A DNA stretch of 38,561 bases from an uncultured Actinomycetes bacterium (GCA_903918595.1 CAIXFB010000301.1:1-38561), one strand, 5' to 3'. Positions 1 through 10,016 are shown, counted from the stretch's first letter. A program made the numbers and translations. Notes: generated by a model not told the origin, from the letters alone.

Positions 1-2
1 CC

Positions 3-1079
3 GTTCTTTTTGTTTCATTCGCATCGACTGCTAACTCTTGGCGTGCCCATGTAACAAATGGTCCATTCGATGCAAATCAATCAGGAGACTGGCTGCTGAA
101 TTATTCGGGTGGCTTTGTGCGGCGCGGTCTTTCCGGCCAACTATTTGAGATTGTTGTCCCGGCGAATGTTTCCATCGTCGCGGCCGTGGGTGTCTTTCAA
201 ATCCTGTTGCTTGCCACCCTTTACATACTCATATCAATACTTTTTATGCGCTCATCGCGCACGACAGCAATCCTGATGCTGTGTTTGTCACCGGCGTTCT
301 TACTATTCCCAGCGATCAATGTCGAAGGGGCTTTTCGAAAAGAAATCATGGCTTTGGTTTCCCTGGCTGTACTGGCGATTGATACCCATAAAGGAATTTC
401 ACGGCCCATTCTCATCACTTCACTGGCAATCTATACATTTGCGGTGTTTTCTCACGAGGCAACAATTGCGGTACTTCCAGGACTACTTTTTCTGATTCAT
501 AGATATGTCCCGGCCGCAAAGTCGTTTGCTGCAAAAATTGCGAACGTATATCTGATTGGGGTTTCGATCGCCGCTGGACTCTTGGCGTTACTTTTCCCGG
601 GAAACAGTGAACAAGTCTCTGCGATCTGTGAGTCATGGGCAGCCCGGGGGATCGGCCCCTGCGACCAAGGCGCTTTGGCGGCTTTGACTGTGTCAACGGG
701 TGAGAGCGTTGAGTTTCTCATCGCTAGTTATTTTCCTGACTATCTTGCTTACGGGGTGGTCATCGCGCTGGCAGTCATCCCCTTGTTCCTAGTGTGTTTT
801 CTGCCTTCACATTGGAAAATCAGCCTTGTCGTACTGATTTTTTTGGCGCCCCTATTCTTCGTTGCTTGGGACTACGGCCGTTGGATCTACATCGGAATTG
901 CCCAACTGTCCATCGTGGCGTTAGCTATGGAAAGCCGAAAAGATCTACCGCGAGCTTTTGCTGTTCCCCTCATTGTGGGGCTGGGATATGTATTGCTCTG
1001 GGGCTTCTCCTGGTACGAGCAGGTGTGGCGAGATGGAGTTGTGGTGCAACTTTTGCAACAGCTTGGAATTATTTCTTAA
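3..1079 (+). CDS. Polytopic membrane protein, putative GT-C-fold glycosyltransferase; 5'-truncated by the window edge
   Basis: The frame is open from position 3 (VLFVSFAST...QSGDWLLNYSGGFVRRGL) into ORF 117..1079. It has many hydrophobic segments plus GDW.NY.GGFVRRG, RKE, HE and DYGRW motifs like those of membrane proteins in glycan loci. The GT-C assignment is inference. Confidence 0.6.
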   Translation, partial: VLFVSFASTANSWRAHVTNGPFDANQSGDWLLNYSGGFVRRGLSGQLFEIVVPANVSIVAAVGVFQILLLATLYILISILFMRSSRTTAILMLCLSPAFLLFPAINVEGAFRKEIMALVSLAVLAIDTHKGISRPILITSLAIYTFAVFSHEATIAVLPGLLFLIHRYVPAAKSFAAKIANVYLIGVSIAAGLLALLFPGNSEQVSAICESWAARGIGPCDQGALAALTVSTGESVEFLIASYFPDYLAYGVVIALAVIPLFLVCFLPSHWKISLVVLIFLAPLFFVAWDYGRWIYIGIAQLSIVALAMESRKDLPRAFAVPLIVGLGYVLLWGFSWYEQVWRDGVVVQLLQQLGIIS

Positions 1080-2320
1080 CCGACCAGCTCAAGAACTTGT
1101 TTGTTCGGTTGTTGACTCCTGTGCAAGGAAACACCTGCCGTGACCACCGCCAATATCAACAGCATGCCTGTAACAGAGGGGCTCATCCACTGATTACGGG
1201 GCTCGGTGATGCCCGTAACAAGATAGGCAGCAATAATTGCCAAAGGGCCTGCAAGACCCCTTCGTGCTGCCAAGATCGCGATAGCCACACCGAGAGCAAT
1301 TGCGGCAAATTGGGTCAGGAATCCAATGAGTCCATATCGAGCCAATTCATCGATGTAGAGGTTGTGTGCGTGACCAAACTCCTGGGTTATCCCACCGCTG
1401 ACGGACACTCCGGAGGAGCCGACCCCCACGATAGGGGATGTCCTCCAAAGCTCGAGAAATGCCGGCCAAAATGCGTTTCTTCCAGTTGCGCCCGCCTGCC
1501 ACATGTACATAAAGACCGCGCCGGCAGCAAGAACTAGGAGACCGCCCACGAAACGAACGCTCTGAGGAACCTTTGCAAAAAAGCCCTCTCGGGCAAACAT
1601 GACGAGTATGACGATTCCCGTTGCAGCGGCGCCTATGGACGCTCGACCGCTTGTGATCAGGAGTGTAAAAACGCCGACGGAAAGAAATACCCAGCTTGAC
1701 TTCGTCCGGTGAGCGATAGCGATAACAATGAGAAAGGCCCCCATCATCGCGGTATCCCCATTGTGACCAAAAGGACCAGGCCACCTGCCTTCTATCCCCA
1801 TAAGGTCATTGAAAGGTAGAAAATATCGGGCTTCATCAAAGTCAATAACAAACTGCGCTTGCGCCTTGATGGCAAGAATTCCCAGCATCTCGAGCACTCG
1901 CGTAACGATGAGGATAAGCGTTACTGCCCAGGCGAAAGCAAAAATCGAGCTCCAGGCATCACGAACTGTAGGTGGCTTCCACCAGATCATGAGCAAAATC
2001 GGCACGTAGAGCAATGCCGTGTAATTAAAGGCATCACCGTGGATGCGATACAAAATCAGGTGAGCCAGCCAAGCGATGGACATCAAGATAAGAAAACTTG
2101 TTAACCAAGCGCCTGCGCGTTCCCTGGCCGGCACTCGTAGCCATGCCATGAAGGACACAGCGAAAACAACAAAAAAAAGCAGGATGTTTGCTGACTGCCC
2201 ACGATAGAGGGGCTCTTCGAACCAGAGGTAGTTTGCGAACTGGGAGAGCACGATCCCTACGGAGAGGACGCTCAGGTAGACAGACGGAAGCTGGGATCGG
2301 GAAAGCTCCGTCGTCTTCAC
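1076..2320 (-). CDS. O-antigen ligase / Wzy_C family membrane protein (ligase, polymerase or oligosaccharyltransferase)
   Basis: About 10 hydrophobic segments; motifs GPFGHNG, LLITSGRAS, TGRNAFW...SPIVGVG and GHAHNLYIDELARYGLIG match the Wzy_C loop signature. Confidence 0.8.
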   Translation of the reverse strand: MKTTELSRSQLPSVYLSVLSVGIVLSQFANYLWFEEPLYRGQSANILLFFVVFAVSFMAWLRVPARERAGAWLTSFLILMSIAWLAHLILYRIHGDAFNYTALLYVPILLMIWWKPPTVRDAWSSIFAFAWAVTLILIVTRVLEMLGILAIKAQAQFVIDFDEARYFLPFNDLMGIEGRWPGPFGHNGDTAMMGAFLIVIAIAHRTKSSWVFLSVGVFTLLITSGRASIGAAATGIVILVMFAREGFFAKVPQSVRFVGGLLVLAAGAVFMYMWQAGATGRNAFWPAFLELWRTSPIVGVGSSGVSVSGGITQEFGHAHNLYIDELARYGLIGFLTQFAAIALGVAIAILAARRGLAGPLAIIAAYLVTGITEPRNQWMSPSVTGMLLILAVVTAGVSLHRSQQPNKQVLELVG

Positions 2321-2326
2321 GGCTCT

Positions 2327-2333
2327 TAGTCTA
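2327..2333. promoter_or_regulatory. Candidate symmetric -10 element TAGTCTA; leaderless promoter for the ligase gene
   Basis: Minus-strand TAGACT (2333-2328) lies 7 nt before GTG 2320. Plus-strand TAGTCT (2327-2332) faces the divergent sugar transferase. A second plus-strand TAGAAT is at 2394-2399. Confidence 0.45.
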
Positions 2334-2439
2334 AGACCCTTCTTCTTTATGTTCTGTGGGCTCTAGGTGCCAAACACTGGTTCTTTCCTTCCCTAGAATG
2401 GATAGGACGCGGTCGGGCAGTTAGCGACCTAAGGGTGAG

Positions 2440-3930
2440 GTGGGGAGGGTTATGGAACCGAGCTTGCCTTTGTCGTATCAGGAGCGTTATCAGTCCTCGA
2501 TAGGAAGCGGCTCAAGCGCATCGGATGGCCCCACTGACCGGATCATGACGCCCTATCGCAGTCGCTTGATAGTGAGCGATTCGGTGATGATCACCGTGGC
2601 TATCGGTATTGGTCTGTTGATCAGTTCCCGACAATCCGAATGGGCAATCGACCCAACCCTGGCAATTTACGGCACACCCTTTTTGATTGGTGTGCTCTGG
2701 CTTGCTCTACTTCTTGTGCGAGGTTCATACAACCGGCGGGTGATCGGTGTGGGTAGCGAAGAGGTGCGTCTTGCGCTTTCGGCCACGCTGATTCTCTTTG
2801 CGATCGTTGCAGGCACCAGCTATTTGATTAGGGCAGATATTTCTAGAGCGTATGCCTTTGTGGCGCTTCCACTTGGATTATTGCTGATCGCAATTTCTCG
2901 ATTTAGTTGGCGGCAGTGGCTCTACCGAAAGAGGCAAGAAGGACAGTTCCTTTCGAGGATTATTGTCATTGGCTCTGATCGAACTGCGCCCCTTCTGGCT
3001 GAAAAACTCGATCAAGAAAGCTTCGCCGGGTACCACGTTGTGGCTCTGATGAATCTTCCGGTCGATTCTCTGTCAACCTCCAAAAATCTTAAGGAGTGGC
3101 TCACTGCCGTAATGGACGCTATCGAAGAACAGGGCGCGTCAGCTGTCGCAATAGACCCGGGTGATGACGCATCATATGACGTGATCCGGCAACTCTCATG
3201 GCGCCTAGAAGGCAGAAATATTGATCTCTTGATTTCTCCGGGTTCACTAGACATTGCCGGACCTCGATTGAGCGTTAGGCCAGCTGCCGGCTTACCCCTT
3301 CTGCACCTTGATGAGGTATCGCTATCCCGTTCTCAACGTGCGATAAAGAGAATGCTTGACGTCACAGGATCTCTCATAGGGATCGCACTGCTCAGTCCGG
3401 TCATGATCAGCTGTGCTCTAGCTGTTCGCTTCACATCACATGGCCCAGTGGTTTATCGGCAAATGCGTGTAGGGCGAGGAGGTGAGATCTTCAGCATGTA
3501 TAAATTCCGAACGATGCGCGATAGGGCGGAACTGGAAATTGAATCCCTTCGAGATCAGCACGATCTCGAAGAGCCCATGTTCAAGTTGATAAACGATCCG
3601 CGGGTGACGCGGGTTGGCGGGTTCCTTCGGCGTTGGTCTCTCGATGAACTTCCCCAGTTATTTAATGTGTTGGGGGGATCGATGAGTTTGGTCGGCCCGC
3701 GCCCGCACCCTCTTGATGATGTTGACAGGTATCAGAGCGAAGCTTTCAGGCGACTTGCGTTGAAACCAGGAATGACTGGGATTTGGCAGGTTGAGGGTAG
3801 ATCCAACCTCACCTGGGATCAGGCACTTCAGATGGATTTGCATTACGTTGAAAAATGGTCACTTGAGTCGGACATTTACCTACTTGCCAAGACAACAAAA
3901 GCGGTTATTAGCAAAAGCGGTGCGGCTTAG
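2440..3930 (+). CDS. Priming polyprenyl-phosphate glycosylphosphotransferase (WcaJ/CpsE/WbaP-like sugar transferase)
   Basis: N-terminal TM helices and a C-terminal bacterial sugar transferase domain: KRMLDV, FSMYKFRTM, DPRVTRVGGFLRRWSLDELPQLFNVLGGSMSLVGPRP, KPGMTGIWQVEGRS. The start may be ATG 2452 after GGGAGG. Confidence 0.93.
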   Translation: MGRVMEPSLPLSYQERYQSSIGSGSSASDGPTDRIMTPYRSRLIVSDSVMITVAIGIGLLISSRQSEWAIDPTLAIYGTPFLIGVLWLALLLVRGSYNRRVIGVGSEEVRLALSATLILFAIVAGTSYLIRADISRAYAFVALPLGLLLIAISRFSWRQWLYRKRQEGQFLSRIIVIGSDRTAPLLAEKLDQESFAGYHVVALMNLPVDSLSTSKNLKEWLTAVMDAIEEQGASAVAIDPGDDASYDVIRQLSWRLEGRNIDLLISPGSLDIAGPRLSVRPAAGLPLLHLDEVSLSRSQRAIKRMLDVTGSLIGIALLSPVMISCALAVRFTSHGPVVYRQMRVGRGGEIFSMYKFRTMRDRAELEIESLRDQHDLEEPMFKLINDPRVTRVGGFLRRWSLDELPQLFNVLGGSMSLVGPRPHPLDDVDRYQSEAFRRLALKPGMTGIWQVEGRSNLTWDQALQMDLHYVEKWSLESDIYLLAKTTKAVISKSGAA

Positions 3931-5849
3931 AGACCGAGCAATTCAGCTTGGCTGGCGAATTCAGCGGATTGCGCTCGCACCTCAGCAAAGGTGCCTTGTG
4001 CTGTGATTGCCCCCTTCTCCATGTAGTACAGGCGATCGACTTCTCGCACCGTGGCCAGCCGGTGCGCGATGGTGATCGTGGTGACGTCGCCTTCAAGATC
4101 TCGAAGCGTCGCCACGATTGCTTGCTCGGTCTCGGCATCTAGGGCGCTTGTTGCTTCATCAAGGACTAGCAGGCGGGGCCTGGTATAAAGAGCCCGAGCA
4201 ATCCCCAAGCGCTGGCGTTGCCCGCCGGATAATTTGAACCCTCGTTCGCCAATCCAGGTATTGAGCCCCTCACGCTCTTCATCGAGAAATCCAGCCAGAT
4301 GGGCCCTTCTGAGGGCATCCAGCACGAGTGAATCATCGATCAAATAATCTGGTAGCCCTAAGGCGACATTCTGTTTAACGGTGCCGGCCACCAAGGCCAC
4401 ATTTTGTGGCACATATGCGATACCCCCGGGCCAGCGCTCAATTGCCTCATGCGGGCGTAATCCCCCAATGAGGACCCTTCCGTCATCTGGGCGCAGAACC
4501 CCGAGCACGACATCTGCCAAAGTAGATTTGCCCGCACCCGTAGAGCCCACAAAAGCCGCAGAGCTCCCTGCTGGCACTTCCAGACAGATATCGGCGAGGA
4601 CTGGTTCCCGAGCATCTGAGAAGGTTAGAAAAACGTTCTCGACACGCACTGTGGCTGCGAGATCTGGGTAGCCCTGCTCGATCCGATCGTGAATGTGTTG
4701 AGTCAAGACAACGGCATCTGCTTGAGCTGGTTGGGCGGGTGTGGATTGCAACTGGTCATACATAAAGAACGTGGGCTGCGCCATCACGGCAGCATTGCGA
4801 ATAGTGATGCCCGCACCTTGCAGCCGCAGCATGGAAGGGATAACCCGTGAACCGGCTGCAAGGAAGAGAGCGGTAGTTGTTGCTGCCGCCGACCAGTCTT
4901 TAGTCAGGAACTGCACGATACCGAGCAGCAACACACCTAGGTAAAGGGCTACCTCGAGCACATATTTCGGAAGCTCCATGATGAAGGCGTTTCCAGCACT
5001 CGCACCGGCATATCGGGTGACTACTCCCTCATAACGCGCAACATACAACTCTCGTCGGTTAAGCACCGTTGCCTCGCGGTACGTTGAAAGCGCCTCTGCA
5101 ACAGCACTCAATGTATCTATAGAGGAGTCCTTGATTATGGCGGCATTGCGGGAGGACCAGTGGGTGAGAACCTTGTGTAGAACCAGAACGACGAGTGTGA
5201 AAAATACTGCGCTGACCAATGTCAGGATCGGATCGAAGAAAAGCAAACTGACGCCAATAATGGTGAAAAGGAATACCTCCGAGGCGATGATGATTGCTGA
5301 ACCAAGTAGGGAAACAGTTGCCGCCCCCGCCCCCTGACCAAGGGCGTAGGTGGCCTCTGACGTGGTCCAGCGTTGCACCTCAGACAGCGGCCTTTGCAGA
5401 AATGCTCTAGCCAGCGCGACTGAGAGATCGGCCTGGCGATTTGCTAGGAATCGGGTCATGATGCGTGTCATGACGGCGCTCAAAATCGTCTTCGCAACCA
5501 GAACCGTCACGGCCAGCAATGCAATGGTCACGCTCAATTGAGAGATGCTCAAGTTTTCGAGTCCGAGGAAATTGAGGAGTGACTGAGCCCAATCTGGTAG
5601 AGAGCCGGGGGCAATCCCCGATACTGCCACTGCCGCAACAAGGCCTACCAGCGCAATACCCAACAGGTCGAGCAAACCTAATGAAAGCTGGACGATCGCA
5701 CCGAAGTACAACAGATGCCTTTTACCCTCAGGCAGAAGTTCCGTTCCCTTACGAACTGCCCAGAGAAGGCTTGGCTTACCAAAATCCGCATAATTCAAGC
5801 TTCCATTGCCGGGATTGTCATCACTCAAGACTGGTTCGACCTCTGACAC
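3927..5849 (-). CDS. ABC exporter with fused TMD-NBD, Wzk/PglK-like lipid-linked oligosaccharide flippase candidate (paralog 1)
   Basis: Walker A GSTGAGKST, Q-loop YVPQ, signature LSGGQRQR, Walker B LLVLDEATSALD, H-loop AHRL; N-terminal TM domain. The flippase role is inferred from context. Confidence 0.88.
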   Translation of the reverse strand: MSEVEPVLSDDNPGNGSLNYADFGKPSLLWAVRKGTELLPEGKRHLLYFGAIVQLSLGLLDLLGIALVGLVAAVAVSGIAPGSLPDWAQSLLNFLGLENLSISQLSVTIALLAVTVLVAKTILSAVMTRIMTRFLANRQADLSVALARAFLQRPLSEVQRWTTSEATYALGQGAGAATVSLLGSAIIIASEVFLFTIIGVSLLFFDPILTLVSAVFFTLVVLVLHKVLTHWSSRNAAIIKDSSIDTLSAVAEALSTYREATVLNRRELYVARYEGVVTRYAGASAGNAFIMELPKYVLEVALYLGVLLLGIVQFLTKDWSAAATTTALFLAAGSRVIPSMLRLQGAGITIRNAAVMAQPTFFMYDQLQSTPAQPAQADAVVLTQHIHDRIEQGYPDLAATVRVENVFLTFSDAREPVLADICLEVPAGSSAAFVGSTGAGKSTLADVVLGVLRPDDGRVLIGGLRPHEAIERWPGGIAYVPQNVALVAGTVKQNVALGLPDYLIDDSLVLDALRRAHLAGFLDEEREGLNTWIGERGFKLSGGQRQRLGIARALYTRPRLLVLDEATSALDAETEQAIVATLRDLEGDVTTITIAHRLATVREVDRLYYMEKGAITAQGTFAEVRAQSAEFASQAELLGL

Positions 5850-5855
5850 GCCATC

Positions 5856-5861
5856 ACCCTA
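5856..5861 (-). promoter_or_regulatory. Candidate -10 TAGGGT of a leaderless promoter
   Basis: Minus strand reads TAGGGT-gatggc-GTG(5849), a 6-nt gap, with no obvious SD. Confidence 0.45.
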
Positions 5862-5964
5862 CTACTCGAGGTTTCACCTTCCATGCGATCACGGGTGATG
5901 AAATGACCGAGCTACAAGCAAGTCATAGAGCTGAGGGAATTAGTCGTTATCGTTAGCCTGGCAA

Positions 5965-7298
5965 GTGGAGGTATCTCTCAACGGGGGACAGGGACACCGA
6001 ATGCGAACAAGAGGCAGACTTGAAGCCTTGGCTGTAGGTGTAGTTGTTGGCTTGTTGGGGATTGTGCGACTGGTGTTGGGAAACCCCGAAGCACTGACCC
6101 AAGTTCTTTGGGCTGAAGATGGTCTCTTTGCGCTGTGTGTTCGATCATTCGATGCAGTTTCATGCACCATCGAGCCATTCGCCGGCTACTTACTTTTATT
6201 ACCGAGAGTAAGCACCGCACTCGTTTCAGTGCTTCCGATGTCAGTATGGCCTCTTGCCTCTGTGATGTTGGCTCTGATTGTTGCCGGTGCCCCATCAAGT
6301 TCGATCTCCGTTGCGCTACGAGGGTTTGGTCTCTCAATCATCGGATCGGGCGCATCGGCTCTGTGTTCATCCTGATGCCGCTTTCAGGACTTGAAGTGAT
6401 CGGTGTGATCGGGAGTTTGAGTGCACCGCTCCTGATAGCAAGTGCGGTTTTGGTCATTGCCGTTCCTCGCTCTGAAATAAGTCACATTGGTGTTTCGTTT
6501 CTGCTCCTCGTTACGGCTTTTACTATGCCCGCCACTGTAGTTCTTGCACCCTTCATTATTCTCAACTGGTACTGGCAAAGAATCTCCTCACGTATTGCTT
6601 ACTTGTGGTTCGCAGCTTTGTCAGTGGGTCTAGCTCTGCAGGCATTGGTGGTTTTAACTGCTGAAAACAGCCGCAACATGAATATTTCAGTTGTATCGGT
6701 GGGTGACTGGGCCCGAGGAATGGTCGCCAGCATTTTGACCGTGATACCTGGCCTCGAACTAGGAGAGGTTTCCCTTACACCATTCACCACGCTCCGCCCA
6801 TCACCTTACCTAGCATGGCTTGTGGTGGTTTCATTAATTCTATTCGCCCAATTCGGGATCCTTCGCGGTCGAGTCGAGCAGAGCGGCCACCAAGTGCGAC
6901 CTTCTGTTGCCGCTCAGCTGGTTTCAGTTGCCCTTGCAACCGCATTGGTGCCGTGTGTGAGTGGCACATTCAGCTTCCGGTATTTCGTCGCACCGTTAGC
7001 ACTTCTGTTGATCTCATTAATCGTGTTGATTGATGCAAGGGTTGGGCAACTTGCGAGGTGGAAGGTTGCTCTTGGAGTTCTACTTCTTGTTTGCTTGTGG
7101 TACCCAGCTTTTGCCGCGAGTGAACTTCGCTCATCTCCTGCACCAGCGTGGTCAGATGAGCTCGCTCGTGCAGCACAAGAGTGTCGAGTAGAAGGAGTCA
7201 CATCTGTTGAACTCGCAATGACTCCCGCGTGGCCACCGGATGGAACGATGTGGACCCTACTTAACGAACCTGTGCTTGACTGCGGCCTGAGTGACTGA
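5965..7298 (+). pseudogene. Frameshifted polytopic membrane protein (GT-C-like, WAEDG motif)
   Basis: ORF 5965..6375 (LWAEDG...PFAGYLLLLPR) and the C-terminal part of ORF 6135..7298 (VFILMPLSGLEVIG...RYFVAP...PAWPP) join into one coherent membrane protein if one base is added near 6360-6366 (gct ctg tgt tca tcc tga vs gct ctg gtg ttc atc ctg). It could be a sequencing error. Confidence 0.7.
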
Positions 7299-7507
7299 CT
7301 ATGGCTTTGTGGCAAATGAAGGGTTGATGAGTTCGAGTTGCGTGGCGCAGCCGCCAATCCAATCTACTTCGCGATCTTCGATGATTCCCGGGATTAGAGC
7401 AGGACCATCACGCCATGCTGACTCTCGCTCCACAATGCTTGCGCTCAGATCCAACGTTGAGCCAACAGGGACTGCCCCCGCTTTAGTTACGTCGCGGGGT
7501 TGAGGGT

Positions 7508-8380
7508 TCAGGCCGCGAGTGCGGCCTGTGTGTGGATGGTCTCAAACTCGATCGGGGTGAGTTTGCCGAGGCCTCGTTGGCGCCTGCGGTGGTGGTAGGT
7601 CCGTTCGATCCAGGTGATGATCGCGAGGCGGAGTTCCTCGCGCGTTGTCCACTGTCACCGGTTGAGGACGTTCTTTTGCAGGAGCGCGAAGAAGGACTCC
7701 ATTGCGTCGTTGTCTCCGGCTTATGCGACGCGGCCCATGGATCCGACCAGTCCGTTGTTGCGCAGGGTCATGGAGAACTTCTTGGACCTGAACTGGCCGC
7801 CTCTGTCGCTATGAACGATCGTGCCGGCTGGGCGGCCCCGCAGCATGATCGCCATCCGCAGCGCCTCGACGGCCAGTTCCGAGGTCATCCGTGAGTCGAT
7901 CGCGTATCCGACGATGCGCCTAGAGGCGCAGTCCTTGATCGCGCAGAGGCAGATCTTGCCCTCGAGCTTCCAATGCTCGGTGATGTCGAGAAGCCACTTC
8001 ACGTTCACCGTCTCAGCGGTGAAGTCGCGCATCACATGATCGTCATGCACCGCAGGCCCGGCCTTCTTCCCCGAGCCGCGGCGCTTGATGATGGTGGAGG
8101 AAATCCCCTGAAACGAACACACCCGTTGGACACGGTTCTCGCCAACGTGAAGGCCCTTCGCATGGATCAGCTCATCAGCGATGAGCCGGTATCCGAACTC
8201 TGGGTCATCAGCGTGGACGCCCATGGTGGCGTTGATCAGATGTGCGTCATCCCAGTCCCGCTGGGACACCGGGCTCCGGCGCCAGTCGTAATACGCCGTC
8301 GTAGAAAACACCAGCACCCGACACGACACCGTGATCGGGATTCCCTCGAAAGCGAGATCACCGACGAGGGGATACATCAT
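7508..8380 (-). pseudogene. IS3 transposase OrfB (DDE integrase core) with two in-frame stops
   Basis: WLLDITEH, HSDRGGQF and DNDAMESFFALL...YHRRRQRGLGKLTPIEFE are all in one frame, interrupted by TAA 7721-7723 and TGA 7655-7657. The natural stop is at 7508-7510. Confidence 0.92.
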
Positions 8381-8661
8381 TTTGGGTTCACGCCCCGTTC
8401 CAGGTACACCGCCGCTCGACGCAAAACCTCGTTCTCCTGCTCCAGCAGGCGGATCCGCTTGTTGGCCTCACGCAGCTCCGCCGACTCGCCCTGCTTCACC
8501 CCGGGGCGGGGACATTCTTCAATATCGTCCATCTTCAGCCACCGCTAAAGGCACGACTCCGAGACGCCGAAATCACGGGCGACTTGAGACATCGGTGCAT
8601 CGGACTGTCGGGCAACCGCGACGACATCGCGGCGGAACTCAATCGGAAACGCTTTCGGCAT
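8377..8661 (-). pseudogene. IS3 transposase OrfA (HTH) with an internal stop
   Basis: Manual translation MPKAFPIEFRRDVVAVARQSDAPMSQVARDFGVSESCL*RWLK...IRLLEQENEVLRRAAVYL...NPK*; TAG at 8545-8547. Not in the ORF track. Confidence 0.9.
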
Positions 8662-8729
8662 GACAGACATCCTTCCAGCGAGGACAAATCTTCACAGGCT
8701 AGGAGGGAACCAAACTCGGGGCAGTCCCA

Positions 8730-8930
8730 AATATTTCTTCATGCGCTTGTTGTATCTGCGAAAGTGATCGATTCTTTCAACGAACTTCCTATACAAAGCG
8801 TTGTGGGCCGGCATGAGCACAATCAAATTCCCCCCTAGGTCGAGTGATTCCGCGGGGGAATGCAAGTGCCATCGGTTGTTCTTCACGCACCGCAAATTGC
8901 CAAGACAACGAACTACTTCGAAAAAAATGG
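8730..8930 (-). pseudogene. Decayed class I SAM methyltransferase fragment ending at the IS3 boundary
   Basis: The minus frame reads ...EVVRCLGNLRCVKNNRWHL...LDLGGNLIVLMPAHNALYRKFVERIDHFRRYNKR, resembling the GG.LI..VPA...LY...D...GH.RRY motif of glycan-locus methyltransferases. Confidence 0.6.
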
Positions 8931-8958
8931 ATAATTAACTTAAGTAGTGATAACAAGG

Positions 8959-9867
8959 TCAGGCGCGACCAAGAGTGATCCAGTTTGGGGGTAATAAATC
9001 TCGTTCGTTGAAGTTTGGGTCATCCAGCCAAGGTCTAGGGCAGATCACCATTCTGTCCTCATTATCTCCGATCCACGCAGACCACCAGCTAAAACTGCTA
9101 TTTGCAGTGATGAGGTTATGTGCGGAGCTCATCAGAAGCAGTGACTCCAACGGGGAACTTTCGGAAGGAGGCTCAATAAATTGGATTAAACTTGGGGTTA
9201 ATTGCAAAGCAGCCATACTTTTGGCAGCTTCGATGTCATCCGAAAAAACTAACAGAGGGCCGGAGTTTACATTCAGACGTAGCAGCCGGAGTGCGCGTGA
9301 GTAATAGTCATCCTGCGCTAGCCCCATATTTGATAGCCCAACGTAATTACCTCGTCGAACATGAATTGCAGACCAAACAGGGAGAGCATTCAGAGCGTCA
9401 AAGGTTTCAAGAAACCAGTGTGATGGATTTACTGGATTACGAACTTCTTCTCGTATAGCGGCAGCATGACGATCAAAGTACAGGTGTGATTGAAAGTAGC
9501 CGCGTATTGTTGTTCCGTCCGGAATCTTATTTATTCGAGTATCGAATACAGTGGATTCCTCTATCGCATAATTTTGGGACCCGAATCTTGGCTTCATACC
9601 TATTCGCCTGAAGCCACGCCGACTCCAGTCGGATCCCCGCCGAATCAATTCCTTCGGAAACCGGGCTGACTCTGAGATTGACAACTGACTGTGAAAAGTC
9701 TGGAGCTCAAAATTATGCCATTCGTAATTTCTAAAGTTTCGCAGATCAACCTGTAGATCAGTATTGAGATCAATTGCTCTAGCGCGGCCTGTGGCATATA
9801 CAAAGAGCTGATTTCCTAAGCCTCCGAGTGGTTCAATATAGATTGTCACTTCCGAATTAACCTCCAT
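8959..9867 (-). CDS. GT11 alpha-1,2-fucosyl/colitosyltransferase
   Basis: GT11 motifs GGLGNQLF, GYFQS, AIHVRRGNY, VFSDD, ANSSFSWWSAW, PRPW; divergent from colC/colD. Confidence 0.9.
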   Translation of the reverse strand: MEVNSEVTIYIEPLGGLGNQLFVYATGRARAIDLNTDLQVDLRNFRNYEWHNFELQTFHSQLSISESARFPKELIRRGSDWSRRGFRRIGMKPRFGSQNYAIEESTVFDTRINKIPDGTTIRGYFQSHLYFDRHAAAIREEVRNPVNPSHWFLETFDALNALPVWSAIHVRRGNYVGLSNMGLAQDDYYSRALRLLRLNVNSGPLLVFSDDIEAAKSMAALQLTPSLIQFIEPPSESSPLESLLLMSSAHNLITANSSFSWWSAWIGDNEDRMVICPRPWLDDPNFNERDLLPPNWITLGRA

Positions 9868-10016
9868 TCAAACAATTAGGGTTCGTCGGACAAACTTTAT
9901 CGCTTACCTCGAAAGTTAATCAGATTGCGCTCACTGCATGGATCCAATACTGTAGGTTTCTCCAAAAGCAATATCAAAGTCTCTCAGTAGACCTCTAATT
10001 TAGACTCTACCCGATC

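Larger units (their letters stand above)
7467..8729 (-). mobile_element. IS3-family insertion sequence, full length (1263 bp), inactivated
   Basis: Imperfect terminal IRs: TGGGACTGCCCCGAGTTTGGTT (8729 inward) and AGGGACTGCCCCCGCTTTAGTT (7467 inward). It contains orfA/orfB with an ATGA overlap and is visibly GC-richer than its flanks. No clear target-site duplication. Confidence 0.92.

Noticed and set aside
794-1537. 247-aa plus-strand ORF
   Set aside because: It overlaps two well-supported genes and has no recognisable motifs; a shadow ORF.
2171-2178. A8 run in the ligase gene (and T8 at 31138-31145 in a GT4) as phase-variation tracts
   Set aside because: Both genes are in frame, the runs encode Phe-rich stretches, and one or two such runs are expected by chance in a window this size.
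7532-8838. Several plus-strand ORFs inside the IS
   Set aside because: These are antisense shadows of the GC-rich transposase.
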